From a virus: DNA of 64,000 nt. Made by a program: the position numbers and the translations under genes. The stretch spans positions 1-64,000 of the IMG/VR virus record IMGVR_UViG_3300023202_000142; one strand, 5' to 3'. Positions 7,782 to 15,586 of this stretch are shown here, in pieces; position 1 is the stretch's first letter, and each line of letters begins with the position of its first letter. The notes beneath the pieces are model-generated. The model ran no database searches, was not told where the DNA came from, and saw nothing but the letters and a program-made list of their open reading frames with translations.

Positions 7782-8741
7782 GTCTGAGCATCTAACCCAC
7801 TCAGCAGGGCCTGAAACCTCGCTTATGCGGGGCCATTGGGGATCTCGGGCTGAGGGTGTGTCTGAGCATTTAACCTGCTCAGCAGGGTGTGAAACGACGA
7901 GCTGGCTCCGAGGCTTCGGGAGATGGTCTGAGCATCTAACCCGCTCAGCAGGGTGTGAAACATGTGCGTCCTCAGCGCGTGGGCGTGTTGCGGGACATAC
8001 GTCTGAGTATCTAACCCACTCAGCAGGGTGTGAAACTGTCTGGTACCCCGCATCGTCTGAGCATCTAACCCACTCAGCAGGGTGTGAAACCGGTCTCACG
8101 ACTCCTGGAAGGTCGTCTGTCTGAGTATCTAACCCACTCAGTAGGGTGTGAAACGTTGCGGAACGTGGCCACGGGCGCGGTCGATGCTGGGTTCCTTGTC
8201 TGAGTATCTAACCCACTCAGCAGGGTATGAAACTGGGTGCCCAACGCTGCGCGGACTGTGTCTGAGTATCTAACCCACTCAGCAAGGTTTGAAACCCGTG
8301 GCCATGGATGTACCTCAACCTCGACGTCTGAGTATCTAACCCACTCAGTAGGGCCTGAAACGTCAATCAGCGGAAAAACCAAGAAGTCGGATCGATACGG
8401 TCTGAGTATCTAACCCACTCAGGGCTCCCACAACAAGGGTGTCCTCGGGCAGATCCGTGATGTCTGAGCATCTAACCCACTCAGTAGGGTGTGAAACACT
8501 TCTCAATGAATAAGGTGAGTTCACCGACAAGAGACCATTCAGTCTTATTCGATATCGTCTGAGCATCTAACCCGCTCAGCAGGGTATGAAACACTGCGGA
8601 AGCTGGGACCAGACCTGTCAGCAGCCCCAGGGTCTGAGCATCTAACCCGCTCAGCAGGGTATGAAACTCGATCTTGCGTGGTCCCTCTCCGTCCCAGTAG
8701 CCGTCGTCTGAGCATCTAACCCACTCAGCAGGGTGTGAAAC
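7782..8741 (-). CRISPR. CRISPR array, 14 repeats (36 nt, one truncated), 13 spacers of 18-59 nt
   Basis: (-) consensus GTTTCACACCCTGCTGAGTGGGTTAGATGCTCAGAC; repeat starts on + at 7782, 7860, 7926, 8001, 8055, 8119, 8198, 8260, 8326, 8400 (23 nt only), 8462, 8557, 8632, 8706; degenerate remnant at 7749-7761. Confidence 0.97.
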
Positions 8742-8800
8742 AGTACCCCCGGCAAGCACTTGTTGTTCATAGGGATCTCAGCCCCGTTGCGAGAACCTCC

Positions 8801-10516
8801 TCATTCCGCTGCGTCTGAAAAAGTACACTTGTATGAATTCAGCAGGTTACGGGCTGCGTTGAGATCCTGGTCCCATTCGGCACCGCAGTGCTCGCAGGCG
8901 TGCCGGAGCTGGGATGCGGCATCCCAATCGCAGATCTCGCCACAACGATGACATGACATCGTAGTGTAGGCAGGGTCCACCCGTATAATCTCGGTGCCGG
9001 TCTTCGATGCCATTAACTCCAGGGCGTCCCGAAACTCGCCGATGGCAGCAATCTTGCGAAGGTTTCTGGACCTGCCGTGCTGATTCTTGTCCTCCTCGGG
9101 TTCCGGCAACTTCGCAAGCCTCGAAAGGTCGAGATCTTCGAGAACGATTACGCCATGTCGTTCGCACAGCTTCTTGGCCAGGATTCGGTATCGTTCTTTG
9201 CGCCGGTTCAGCGTTTTGCGTGTCTGGTTTTCGTGCCACTGGTGCAGATGGCGATCTTGTTTCCGCCATGCCTCCGCGGCCTCAAACATTTCGCCGTCAC
9301 TCCCAAATCGATTCTCTGACCACTTCCAAACGAACTTGCGCATCCGTTCCTTGGAGCGCCACTTGGATACATGACTGAGATCCGCCTTGAACCACTCAGG
9401 GCTGTCCCCATCGACCCAGTCAGCCAGGACATCTCTGAACTCATTGAATTCGCGGTCCCGGATAGACAGCAGAGAGTCGGCATGGTCGAAGCGATCGACA
9501 AATGCTGCGTCGTCCAGGAGTAACTCGTAGTGGTCATCGCCACAATCCACGTAAGCGAATCTAAGACCACTGAGCCTCTTGCGCCATCCGACATCGATTC
9601 CCGCCACACTGTTCGGTGCCGGGTGGGCAGGGGCATCGAAGGTGTCGGAGACCACAGTGAGTTGGAGTGACCAGCGGTATCTGGTGCCGACCTTCTTGCG
9701 CTTGACCCACGCCCACTTGATGACAGCATCGTCAGGCAGGGGTCTGTGGACATGCAGATCTTTCCAGGTCGACCACACCGGAGTCCTGTTTCCAGGCCCC
9801 TCTGAGCCTACTCGCAATCGCAGTGTGGTCCTGCAGAGCCTCTTGCGCTCCCCGCGCGGCGTGTCGGGATCCCATGCCCTGGGGTCGACAGGTTCGATTT
9901 GGATACGAGTATCCTCGCACCCAAAAAGTTCGTCGACTGACATCCCGCCCTGGATCTGGATACCGACTCGCCCGTTCTCTCCCCTGCCCCGCCACCTGAC
10001 AAATCGCGGGTCTTGTCTGGACTTGGATGCCTGTTTGACGGCGTCCTCGATGAGATTGCGAGTCCCCCAGTGAACCGTGCATTCACTGCGGTACAGTTTC
10101 TGAAGCACTATGAATCTCTCGTCGACAAGATCGACGGCTTCTCCGACATCGTCGCGCTTCAGGGCTTGCTTCTTGGCGGCCCCCCGTCGCTTCCTGGCCG
10201 CTCGAATAGCCGCCTTTATGCCCTTGACCTCCTTGCGCGCAGACTTCGTAACGCTTCGACTGCGCTTGGATGAGTTTTGGTCGGAGATCGATGACCTGAC
10301 CTCGGACAACTCGGCCTCCAGGGCTGAGATCTCTGTGCAAGCATCGGCGTAATCCGTGGAGTGTGCCGCTAGCGTTGCTCGGTACGCCGCCCGCTTGTCG
10401 AGTTCCAGCTCTATGAGCCTGTTCTGATGTCGATGTGCCCTCCAGATGATCTCATCGATCATCTCGGCCTCTTCTGGGCCGAAGGGCAAACCGTACTTGT
10501 AGATCCTGACGCCCAT
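8801..10516 (-). CDS. cas12m: type V CRISPR effector, Cas12m (V-M / C2c4)-like, TnpB-derived RuvC
   Basis: RuvC-I AGIDVGW (D308), RuvC-II IVLEDL (E460), Zn finger C522/C525/C541/C544, RuvC-III WDQDLNAARN (D551); long Lys/Arg-rich helical insert at ~55-125; LYRSEC.VHW, VHRPLPDDA motifs recalled from Cas12m; array 60 bp downstream. Confidence 0.8.
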   Translation of the reverse strand: MGVRIYKYGLPFGPEEAEMIDEIIWRAHRHQNRLIELELDKRAAYRATLAAHSTDYADACTEISALEAELSEVRSSISDQNSSKRSRSVTKSARKEVKGIKAAIRAARKRRGAAKKQALKRDDVGEAVDLVDERFIVLQKLYRSECTVHWGTRNLIEDAVKQASKSRQDPRFVRWRGRGENGRVGIQIQGGMSVDELFGCEDTRIQIEPVDPRAWDPDTPRGERKRLCRTTLRLRVGSEGPGNRTPVWSTWKDLHVHRPLPDDAVIKWAWVKRKKVGTRYRWSLQLTVVSDTFDAPAHPAPNSVAGIDVGWRKRLSGLRFAYVDCGDDHYELLLDDAAFVDRFDHADSLLSIRDREFNEFRDVLADWVDGDSPEWFKADLSHVSKWRSKERMRKFVWKWSENRFGSDGEMFEAAEAWRKQDRHLHQWHENQTRKTLNRRKERYRILAKKLCERHGVIVLEDLDLSRLAKLPEPEEDKNQHGRSRNLRKIAAIGEFRDALELMASKTGTEIIRVDPAYTTMSCHRCGEICDWDAASQLRHACEHCGAEWDQDLNAARNLLNSYKCTFSDAAE

Positions 10517-10530
10517 TTCAGTTCTCCGTG

Positions 10531-10932
10531 TTAGTCGTAGTTGTTCGGGTCTCGGCAGTACTCACAGATGTAGACTGTCGCTGGAAGCCCGTCGGACTGG
10601 TCGCCGCTGAACGATTCGAGCATGAAGTCTGGAACGGTTTCACCGAAGGAGTCGCATGCCGACATCTCGTCACCGTACGCCCGGTTTGAGGCTAATCTAA
10701 GCGCCTCGATCGAGCTGCCGATACGCTTGCCATCAGCGTTGCCGTCGAGGGCCAGCAGTAGCAGGTCTCGGGCAAGAGCCAGTTCGGGCATAAACAGGTC
10801 GACCTCGACGCGGCTTGTGAATCGCTCGATTGTCTGCCATGCGGTTCGCCAGTGCTCTTCATCGACGGCCTCTTGGAGACGGTCGCAGTAGGCGTGAGCG
10901 TTTCTCAGATTGAATCGCGTCGACGTGTCCAT
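10531..10932 (-). CDS. hypothetical protein (immediately upstream of cas12)
   Basis: ATG 10932 behind GGGAGA. Confidence 0.6.
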   Translation of the reverse strand: MDTSTRFNLRNAHAYCDRLQEAVDEEHWRTAWQTIERFTSRVEVDLFMPELALARDLLLLALDGNADGKRIGSSIEALRLASNRAYGDEMSACDSFGETVPDFMLESFSGDQSDGLPATVYICEYCRDPNNYD

Positions 10933-11333
10933 CGGTCTCCCTTGATTCCGCACCCGCCACACTCGGCCTGGACAGCCTCGCGGCCCGGGTTCTCTTCGCT
11001 GTGCTTGGTGATCGTGTGCACGCGGGTCTGCGACCCACATTCGATGCACGGCTTGTAGGTGTTCTTGGTGATCGTTTCGCGTGTGATCTGTGACGTCACT
11101 CGCTCGCGCTCCACTTCGACCTGGAGGGTGCCCTTTCGCGTCCAGCTTGTGATGCGGGAGTCGCAGCTTTCGCAGTCGCATATCACGGTGTCACGATCAG
11201 CTCGGATCACGATTTCTCGCCTCCTGGCCTGGGAGCCGCAGGCACCACATCGTCGGTAGGACCGCTTGCGGATCACCTGAATGCGATGCCCGCTTTCGTT
11301 GATGTAGTCCTTGAGTACACCGTAGTTCAGCAT
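10905..11333 (-). CDS. multi-CxxC Zn-ribbon protein
   Basis: CGAC, CESC, CIEC, CGGC. Confidence 0.6.
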   Translation of the reverse strand: MLNYGVLKDYINESGHRIQVIRKRSYRRCGACGSQARRREIVIRADRDTVICDCESCDSRITSWTRKGTLQVEVERERVTSQITRETITKNTYKPCIECGSQTRVHTITKHSEENPGREAVQAECGGCGIKGDRWTRRRDSI

Positions 11334-11551
11334 CGTTTCCTCTGCTTCATCGCGACGTCGGCCGAGGAGACGCTGTAGCGCTTCCCAGCAGCCTCGCTGC
11401 GGCGCTCCGCATCATCGCGGGCCGTCCACATCGAGTCTACCTCGGAGCCCAGCTCCGTGGTTATGACGACGGCGTAGTGGTAGTTCACAGCATCGGCATC
11501 GACGCTGAGTGGACCATGGGGGCTGTCGACGATGTAAGCGACGGTGGTCAT
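11327..11551 (-). CDS. hypothetical protein
   Basis: ATG 11551 behind GGAG. Confidence 0.55.
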   Translation of the reverse strand: MTTVAYIVDSPHGPLSVDADAVNYHYAVVITTELGSEVDSMWTARDDAERRSEAAGKRYSVSSADVAMKQRKRC

Positions 11552-11829
11552 GATGACTCCGTGTTGAGTGTGCGTACGTAGTGTTTTCCGGCCTTCTTGG
11601 CGCAGGTCTGCCCGACCGGGTAGAGCCCCATCTCGCCAGGCTCTCCGTCGTGCTGCGGCCCTTCCTCGACGGTTGCAAGGGCTGACCCGCCGTTGACCAT
11701 GTGGATGTAGAGCGTGTCCTCGTCGACCTTGACGGGCTTGCCGCAGTACGCGCAAGGGGTCTGAGTTGGACCACAAGGGAGCTTTGACTCATTGGCCTCG
11801 CGCGTCTTGTCAGGCTTGAACGCCTTCAT
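11548..11829 (-). CDS. hypothetical protein (CxxC)
   Basis: abutting ORF. Confidence 0.6.
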   Translation of the reverse strand: MKAFKPDKTREANESKLPCGPTQTPCAYCGKPVKVDEDTLYIHMVNGGSALATVEEGPQHDGEPGEMGLYPVGQTCAKKAGKHYVRTLNTESS

Positions 11830-12275
11830 GAGGTCTCCAGTCGGGTGAGCCGGAACGAGGGAGCAGCACCCCCGCCTCCGAAGATGGACTGGCCGGGTTC
11901 CAGGGAGCGAACCCCGGCGGCCAGGATGGAGTCGGTTTCATTGTCGCGACAGAACTCGGCAACGGTGGTCTCCCATTCCTCTCCGTCGTTCTCGACCTTG
12001 AGGATGCCCGAGGCAACGTCGGCGACAACATGGCCACAGGTGTCGCAGGGTTCGTCACAGTGGGGTTTCGAATCCTTGTGGACTCGCGAAGCCCCCAGAG
12101 GCATCACAACCGTGTCGTCCTCGATCATCTTCGCTTTCCAGCAGCGGAGGCAGCGAAGGTATCCCAGCCGATCGACAACGCCGATGGCCTTCTCGGTGCT
12201 GGGGTCGAATTCGATCACGACGGAATCCTTTCGTGGAAAGCAACAGTCGCAGGTGTGTTCATGGCGTTTGGTCAT
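11826..12275 (-). CDS. Cys-rich hypothetical protein
   Basis: AGGAGG SD; CxxC motifs. Confidence 0.6.
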   Translation of the reverse strand: MTKRHEHTCDCCFPRKDSVVIEFDPSTEKAIGVVDRLGYLRCLRCWKAKMIEDDTVVMPLGASRVHKDSKPHCDEPCDTCGHVVADVASGILKVENDGEEWETTVAEFCRDNETDSILAAGVRSLEPGQSIFGGGGAAPSFRLTRLETS

Positions 12276-12287
12276 CAGGTCCTCCTG

Positions 12288-12547
12288 TCAGCAGTAGTCG
12301 CGGTAACGGACACCGTCGGCATTGTAGACGCCAACGCTCTCCAGGAAGTCAGCGGCGGCCTCCGCGGTTCGGAAGCGACGGCCGGAGTGCTCACGACACC
12401 ACTTCTCGGTGGCCTCGCGGGTCTCGTCGTCAGCGACCTCCCATGGTCGCCGCGCTTGTCTGGCTTGATGGTCAGTTTTCCGAACGCGTAGGACGCGGTG
12501 GTGTCGACGCCGGAAACCGGGTTCTGAAATGTCGCCTTATGGGCCAT
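12288..12547 (-). pseudogene. frameshifted hypothetical gene (1-nt deletion near 12444)
   Basis: MAHKATFQNP...KRGD continues naturally as PWEVADDETREATEKWC...RDYC* in another frame whose stop (12288) precedes the next SD. Confidence 0.55.
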
Positions 12548-12565
12548 CGCTACCTCCTGGGTCGA

Positions 12566-12631
12566 AGGGGGAGGGCGGGGCTTCCCTCCCCGGGACACCA
12601 ACAATATGTGCACGCCGTGCACAGTGTCAAG
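12566..12631 (-). promoter_or_regulatory. phage promoter cassette + UTR hairpin
   Basis: (-) TTGACA-CTGTGCACGGCGTGCACA-TATTGT; GGGAGG/CCTCCC stem, loop GAAGCCCCG. Confidence 0.8.
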
Positions 12632-12923
12632 GGCAGTCGCACTCGTAGTGGCCGTAGCCGCATCGCGAGCAGATGCCGGTGGAATTCTCGAATGACGGGA
12701 GCGGGCGGTACGGCACGGGATCCGGCTTGGCTCGGATGTTGGAATACCAGTCGCTGGGGTCATGACGGAGAGTCTTGCCGCCTTTCAGCAGCTCTTTGGC
12801 CTCTCCGATGCTATCGAGGTCATTGACCTCGACAGCATCGGCCAGGAGCCGGTCGGCTTTGTCGCCGGCCTCGATCCAGCGTCCGTTGGAGAGTTGGTAC
12901 TGAATGGTGAGTTCTTCGGACAT
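12627..12923 (-). CDS. hypothetical protein with C-terminal CxxC...CxC
   Basis: AGGAGGTAGC SD. Confidence 0.65.
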   Translation of the reverse strand: MSEELTIQYQLSNGRWIEAGDKADRLLADAVEVNDLDSIGEAKELLKGGKTLRHDPSDWYSNIRAKPDPVPYRPLPSFENSTGICSRCGYGHYECDCP

Positions 12924-12956
12924 CGCTACCTCCTAGGGTGATTGGCGGGGACACCA

Positions 12957-12987
12957 ACAATATGTGCACGCTGTGCACGGCATCAAG
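12957..12987 (-). promoter_or_regulatory. phage promoter cassette
   Basis: (-) TTGATG-CCGTGCACAGCGTGCACA-TATTGT. Confidence 0.75.
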
Positions 12988-13434
12988 CTATCGAATCACG
13001 GGCCCGATGCCTGCGCGCTCCTTGAGCGCTCGGAGACGCATGCGCATGGTTTCGGCGGCCGCCTTGTCGTGTCTGTCGTGGTAGGCGCGCCAGTCGACGC
13101 CGCCCGGGCTGATGCCGAGGAACGTGGTGCCCTCGATCTGCTTGTCGCGCAGTCGATCGAACAGTGGCGCATCGGGGTCGTTCCGGGTCTGTCGCAACTT
13201 CCAGTGCCAGGACTGGCCCCCGGAGTCGTTGAACCCGGTGGCAGGGTCGACCGTGTAGCCCCAGCGCCCGGGCTTCTCGTCGAGCAACATGAAGTCGGCG
13301 ATGGTGCATCCCTCCTCGACCAGGATGTTGATGACGTCGAGCTTGTCGTCGCGCGTCAGCCTGCTGCCGCACTCCAGGACGGCGAGCCGGCAGACAACAC
13401 GTTGCAGGCGATTGGTTTCTTCGTGGGTTCTCAT
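12988..13434 (-). CDS. hypothetical protein
   Basis: AGGAGGTAGC SD. Confidence 0.65.
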   Translation of the reverse strand: MRTHEETNRLQRVVCRLAVLECGSRLTRDDKLDVINILVEEGCTIADFMLLDEKPGRWGYTVDPATGFNDSGGQSWHWKLRQTRNDPDAPLFDRLRDKQIEGTTFLGISPGGVDWRAYHDRHDKAAAETMRMRLRALKERAGIGPVIR

Positions 13435-13460
13435 GGTGCTACCTCCTCTTGGGGATGGGG

Positions 13461-14162
13461 TTACATGCTGACCTGGACGCTGGGTCCGTTGAAGCAGACG
13501 CTTTCCTTGTCGACGTCGTCGACGGTGTCGCCGTGTGAGACCACGCAGTCGACGTCGGGGTCAGTGAGCAAGGCGTAGAGCATCGTGCGCTTCTCGCCGG
13601 CGCTGAACTTGTCCAGCTCGAAGCCTGGGACGACTTCGGTCTCCAGGTAGTGGTAGACCCGGCGCTTGAACGCTTCGGGATCTTCTTTGATGCGCTCGCG
13701 GACCTCATCGGTGGTGTCCTCGGGCAGTGGTTCCCAGGCATTACCTCCGAACCCGTTGCGGGCCACGATGCGCGCTGTGTCCTCGTAGGGGTCTCGGAGG
13801 TCAGCGATCAGCTCCAGGTTGATGTACTCGCGGCGTTCGATACGAACCCGATAGAGCGCTTCGTCGACGATGATCTCATCACCACCTTCGACGTCGACGA
13901 CAAGCCCGGCCTCACGTTTGCGTTTCATCTCTGCCCCGGTGCTCCGGCTGGGATCAGAGCAGATCACGGTGGCGTGCTGGTTCGTCCAGGCGAAGGGGCC
14001 AGGCTCCATTGGCCCGCCGTTGTACTCCCGGCCCTCCTGGCCACGCGGCATTGATCCCACTGAGTAGTAGCGATCGCCGAGACACAGGGTCTCGACGGAG
14101 CGAAACCAGCCGTCGTGGCTCATGTTCATGTTGATGATGATCGGCTCTTTATGGTCAGTCAT
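13461..14162 (-). CDS. hypothetical protein
   Basis: ATG 14162 behind AGGAGG. Confidence 0.65.
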   Translation of the reverse strand: MTDHKEPIIINMNMSHDGWFRSVETLCLGDRYYSVGSMPRGQEGREYNGGPMEPGPFAWTNQHATVICSDPSRSTGAEMKRKREAGLVVDVEGGDEIIVDEALYRVRIERREYINLELIADLRDPYEDTARIVARNGFGGNAWEPLPEDTTDEVRERIKEDPEAFKRRVYHYLETEVVPGFELDKFSAGEKRTMLYALLTDPDVDCVVSHGDTVDDVDKESVCFNGPSVQVSM

Positions 14163-14254
14163 GTTGCCTCCTGCTGGCACTTTGCGGACGGGGTTGGTCT
14201 GAATTACTGACAGTTGTCTGCGAGAACCCGGCGCTCGCGCGCCGGGTGGGGCGG

Positions 14255-14779
14255 TTAGCAGTACCAGTCGGTACCCTCTTCCTCACATTCTGCCTCGGTG
14301 AGCAAGGTGGCGTCGCCGCCCCACTTGTCACCGCTTCGGAAGGTCGCGACCCAAGCTGAGCCGGAGAGTCCGGTACCGCGGCCGTCCATCTTGGCCCATG
14401 CGGGCGCCCACTCTCGGCGCTGGGAGAGGCCCAGGTTCTTCTGGACCCGAGACTTCGTTCCGGCGGGAATGAAGGGCTTGCCGCGTTTGGCGCGGAGATC
14501 CTCTTCATCCTCGTGGAGCAGCCAGTATGGGCCCCACTTGCCATCGAGCATCATCGCCTTGACCCGACGATCGCCTTCATAGAGCCCCCAGAACTTGTCC
14601 TTGCCGTCGTTCTCGGTGATCTCCGCCTTCTTTCGGGCGAGCTGGCTTGAAAGGCCGCTGGCCCACTGACTGACGAACCCATCGGTGTCACAGCGCTCGA
14701 TGCTGTCCATCTTGCGCCGTGAGTGCTTCGAGGATTCCTCGCGCCACTCTTCAGCAGTTTTGGTTCCTTTGTCCGTCAT
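14255..14779 (-). CDS. hypothetical phage protein
   Basis: ATG 14779 behind AGGAGGTAGC; ERCDTDGFVSQWASG. Confidence 0.65.
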   Translation of the reverse strand: MTDKGTKTAEEWREESSKHSRRKMDSIERCDTDGFVSQWASGLSSQLARKKAEITENDGKDKFWGLYEGDRRVKAMMLDGKWGPYWLLHEDEEDLRAKRGKPFIPAGTKSRVQKNLGLSQRREWAPAWAKMDGRGTGLSGSAWVATFRSGDKWGGDATLLTEAECEEEGTDWYC

Positions 14780-14798
14780 TGCTACCTCCTGTGGTGAT

Positions 14799-14860
14799 GG
14801 GAAGGCGGGGTGCCCTTCCCGGTACATCGACAATATGTGCACGGCGTGCACAGTGTCAAG
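14799..14860 (-). promoter_or_regulatory. phage promoter cassette + UTR hairpin
   Basis: (-) TTGACA-CTGTGCACGCCGTGCACA-TATTGT; GGGAAGG/CCTTCCC stem, loop GCACCCCG. Confidence 0.8.
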
Positions 14861-15128
14861 TGTCGTCTTGCACGAATGTGGGGCATCGTACCGGAATGAC
14901 TCCGGCAGTGAACTCTCGACCGGGCCCCGGGCCCTCGGGTTGGTCGCGTATGGCCTCGACAAGGCTGCCGTTAGCGATGAACAGGGGGACGGCGTCGGGG
15001 CCTCTGTAGTGCGCCACGATGCCGTCCTGGTCGTATTCGCCGCTGATGGATCCACACCGGCAGTGCCTGGTGTGGCGAGGGACCAGCCGAATGATGTCTT
15101 CGCAGCTCGTGCAGAACAGTAGCTTCAT
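14856..15128 (-). CDS. small Zn-binding hypothetical protein
   Basis: CTSC...CRCG. Confidence 0.6.
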   Translation of the reverse strand: MKLLFCTSCEDIIRLVPRHTRHCRCGSISGEYDQDGIVAHYRGPDAVPLFIANGSLVEAIRDQPEGPGPGREFTAGVIPVRCPTFVQDDT

Positions 15129-15586
15129 GGGCTCAGTCTTCGTTCAATGAGGTCGCAAGCATGGTTCAGGAAACCTATGGTGGCGCCCTCCTGGACGCTG
15201 CGATGAGCACAAGCGAGAACGGCCAGGCCAATCAGTGTTAGACGGTCATCGATCACCAGCCCTTTCGAGACCAACGCATCTCTGGCCTGTTGATGCCAGG
15301 CTGACCCCAGGGTGCAGCGCCCGAGCCCAGCGATCTCCCACAACACAGAACGCTGGTTGAAGGTGATGAGATAAGCAGTTGTCGGGTTCTGGTGGCAGGG
15401 GTTGCCGCAGGTGCCGTTGATCCATCCACCACACCCCGGGCATTCGTAGTGGGGAAATATGCGCTCCCAGGCAAGTTGTCTTCGTTCGATGACGGCAGTG
15501 TAGTGATCTGTCGTCTCGTTGAGCGGCCAGGTCCGCCGCATCAGAATCTTCAGGCCGGCGCAGAGGTCGAGTTTCCTCGGCATCAT
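15125..15586 (-). CDS. hypothetical protein
   Basis: ATGA overlap with upstream stop. Confidence 0.55.
   Translation of the reverse strand: MMPRKLDLCAGLKILMRRTWPLNETTDHYTAVIERRQLAWERIFPHYECPGCGGWINGTCGNPCHQNPTTAYLITFNQRSVLWEIAGLGRCTLGSAWHQQARDALVSKGLVIDDRLTLIGLAVLACAHRSVQEGATIGFLNHACDLIERRLSP

Noticed and set aside
8533-8548. Spacer 11 (minus: AATAAGACTGAATGG) vs tRNA-Tyr-like variable arm at ~61808 (AATAAGACTGAGTGG)
   Set aside because: Only 14/15 nt with no extension; among several hundred spacer positions a match of this size is expected by chance, so self-targeting is not supported.
8742-8800. tracrRNA / anti-repeat near the array
   Set aside because: No stretch complementary to the repeat found by eye in the 60-bp gap or upstream of cas12; Cas12m-type effectors do not need one.
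7506-8951. ORFs 7506-8099, 7823-8053, 7825-8124, 8074-8382, 8363-8566, 8481-8759 with repeated VSHPAEWVRCSD / FHTLLSGLDAQT peptides
   Set aside because: Translations of the CRISPR repeats, not genes.
8801-10516. Reading the RuvC protein as a plain IS200/IS605 TnpB
   Set aside because: No tnpA or IS-end hairpins nearby; at 571 aa with a long basic helical insert it exceeds typical TnpB; a true CRISPR array abuts it.
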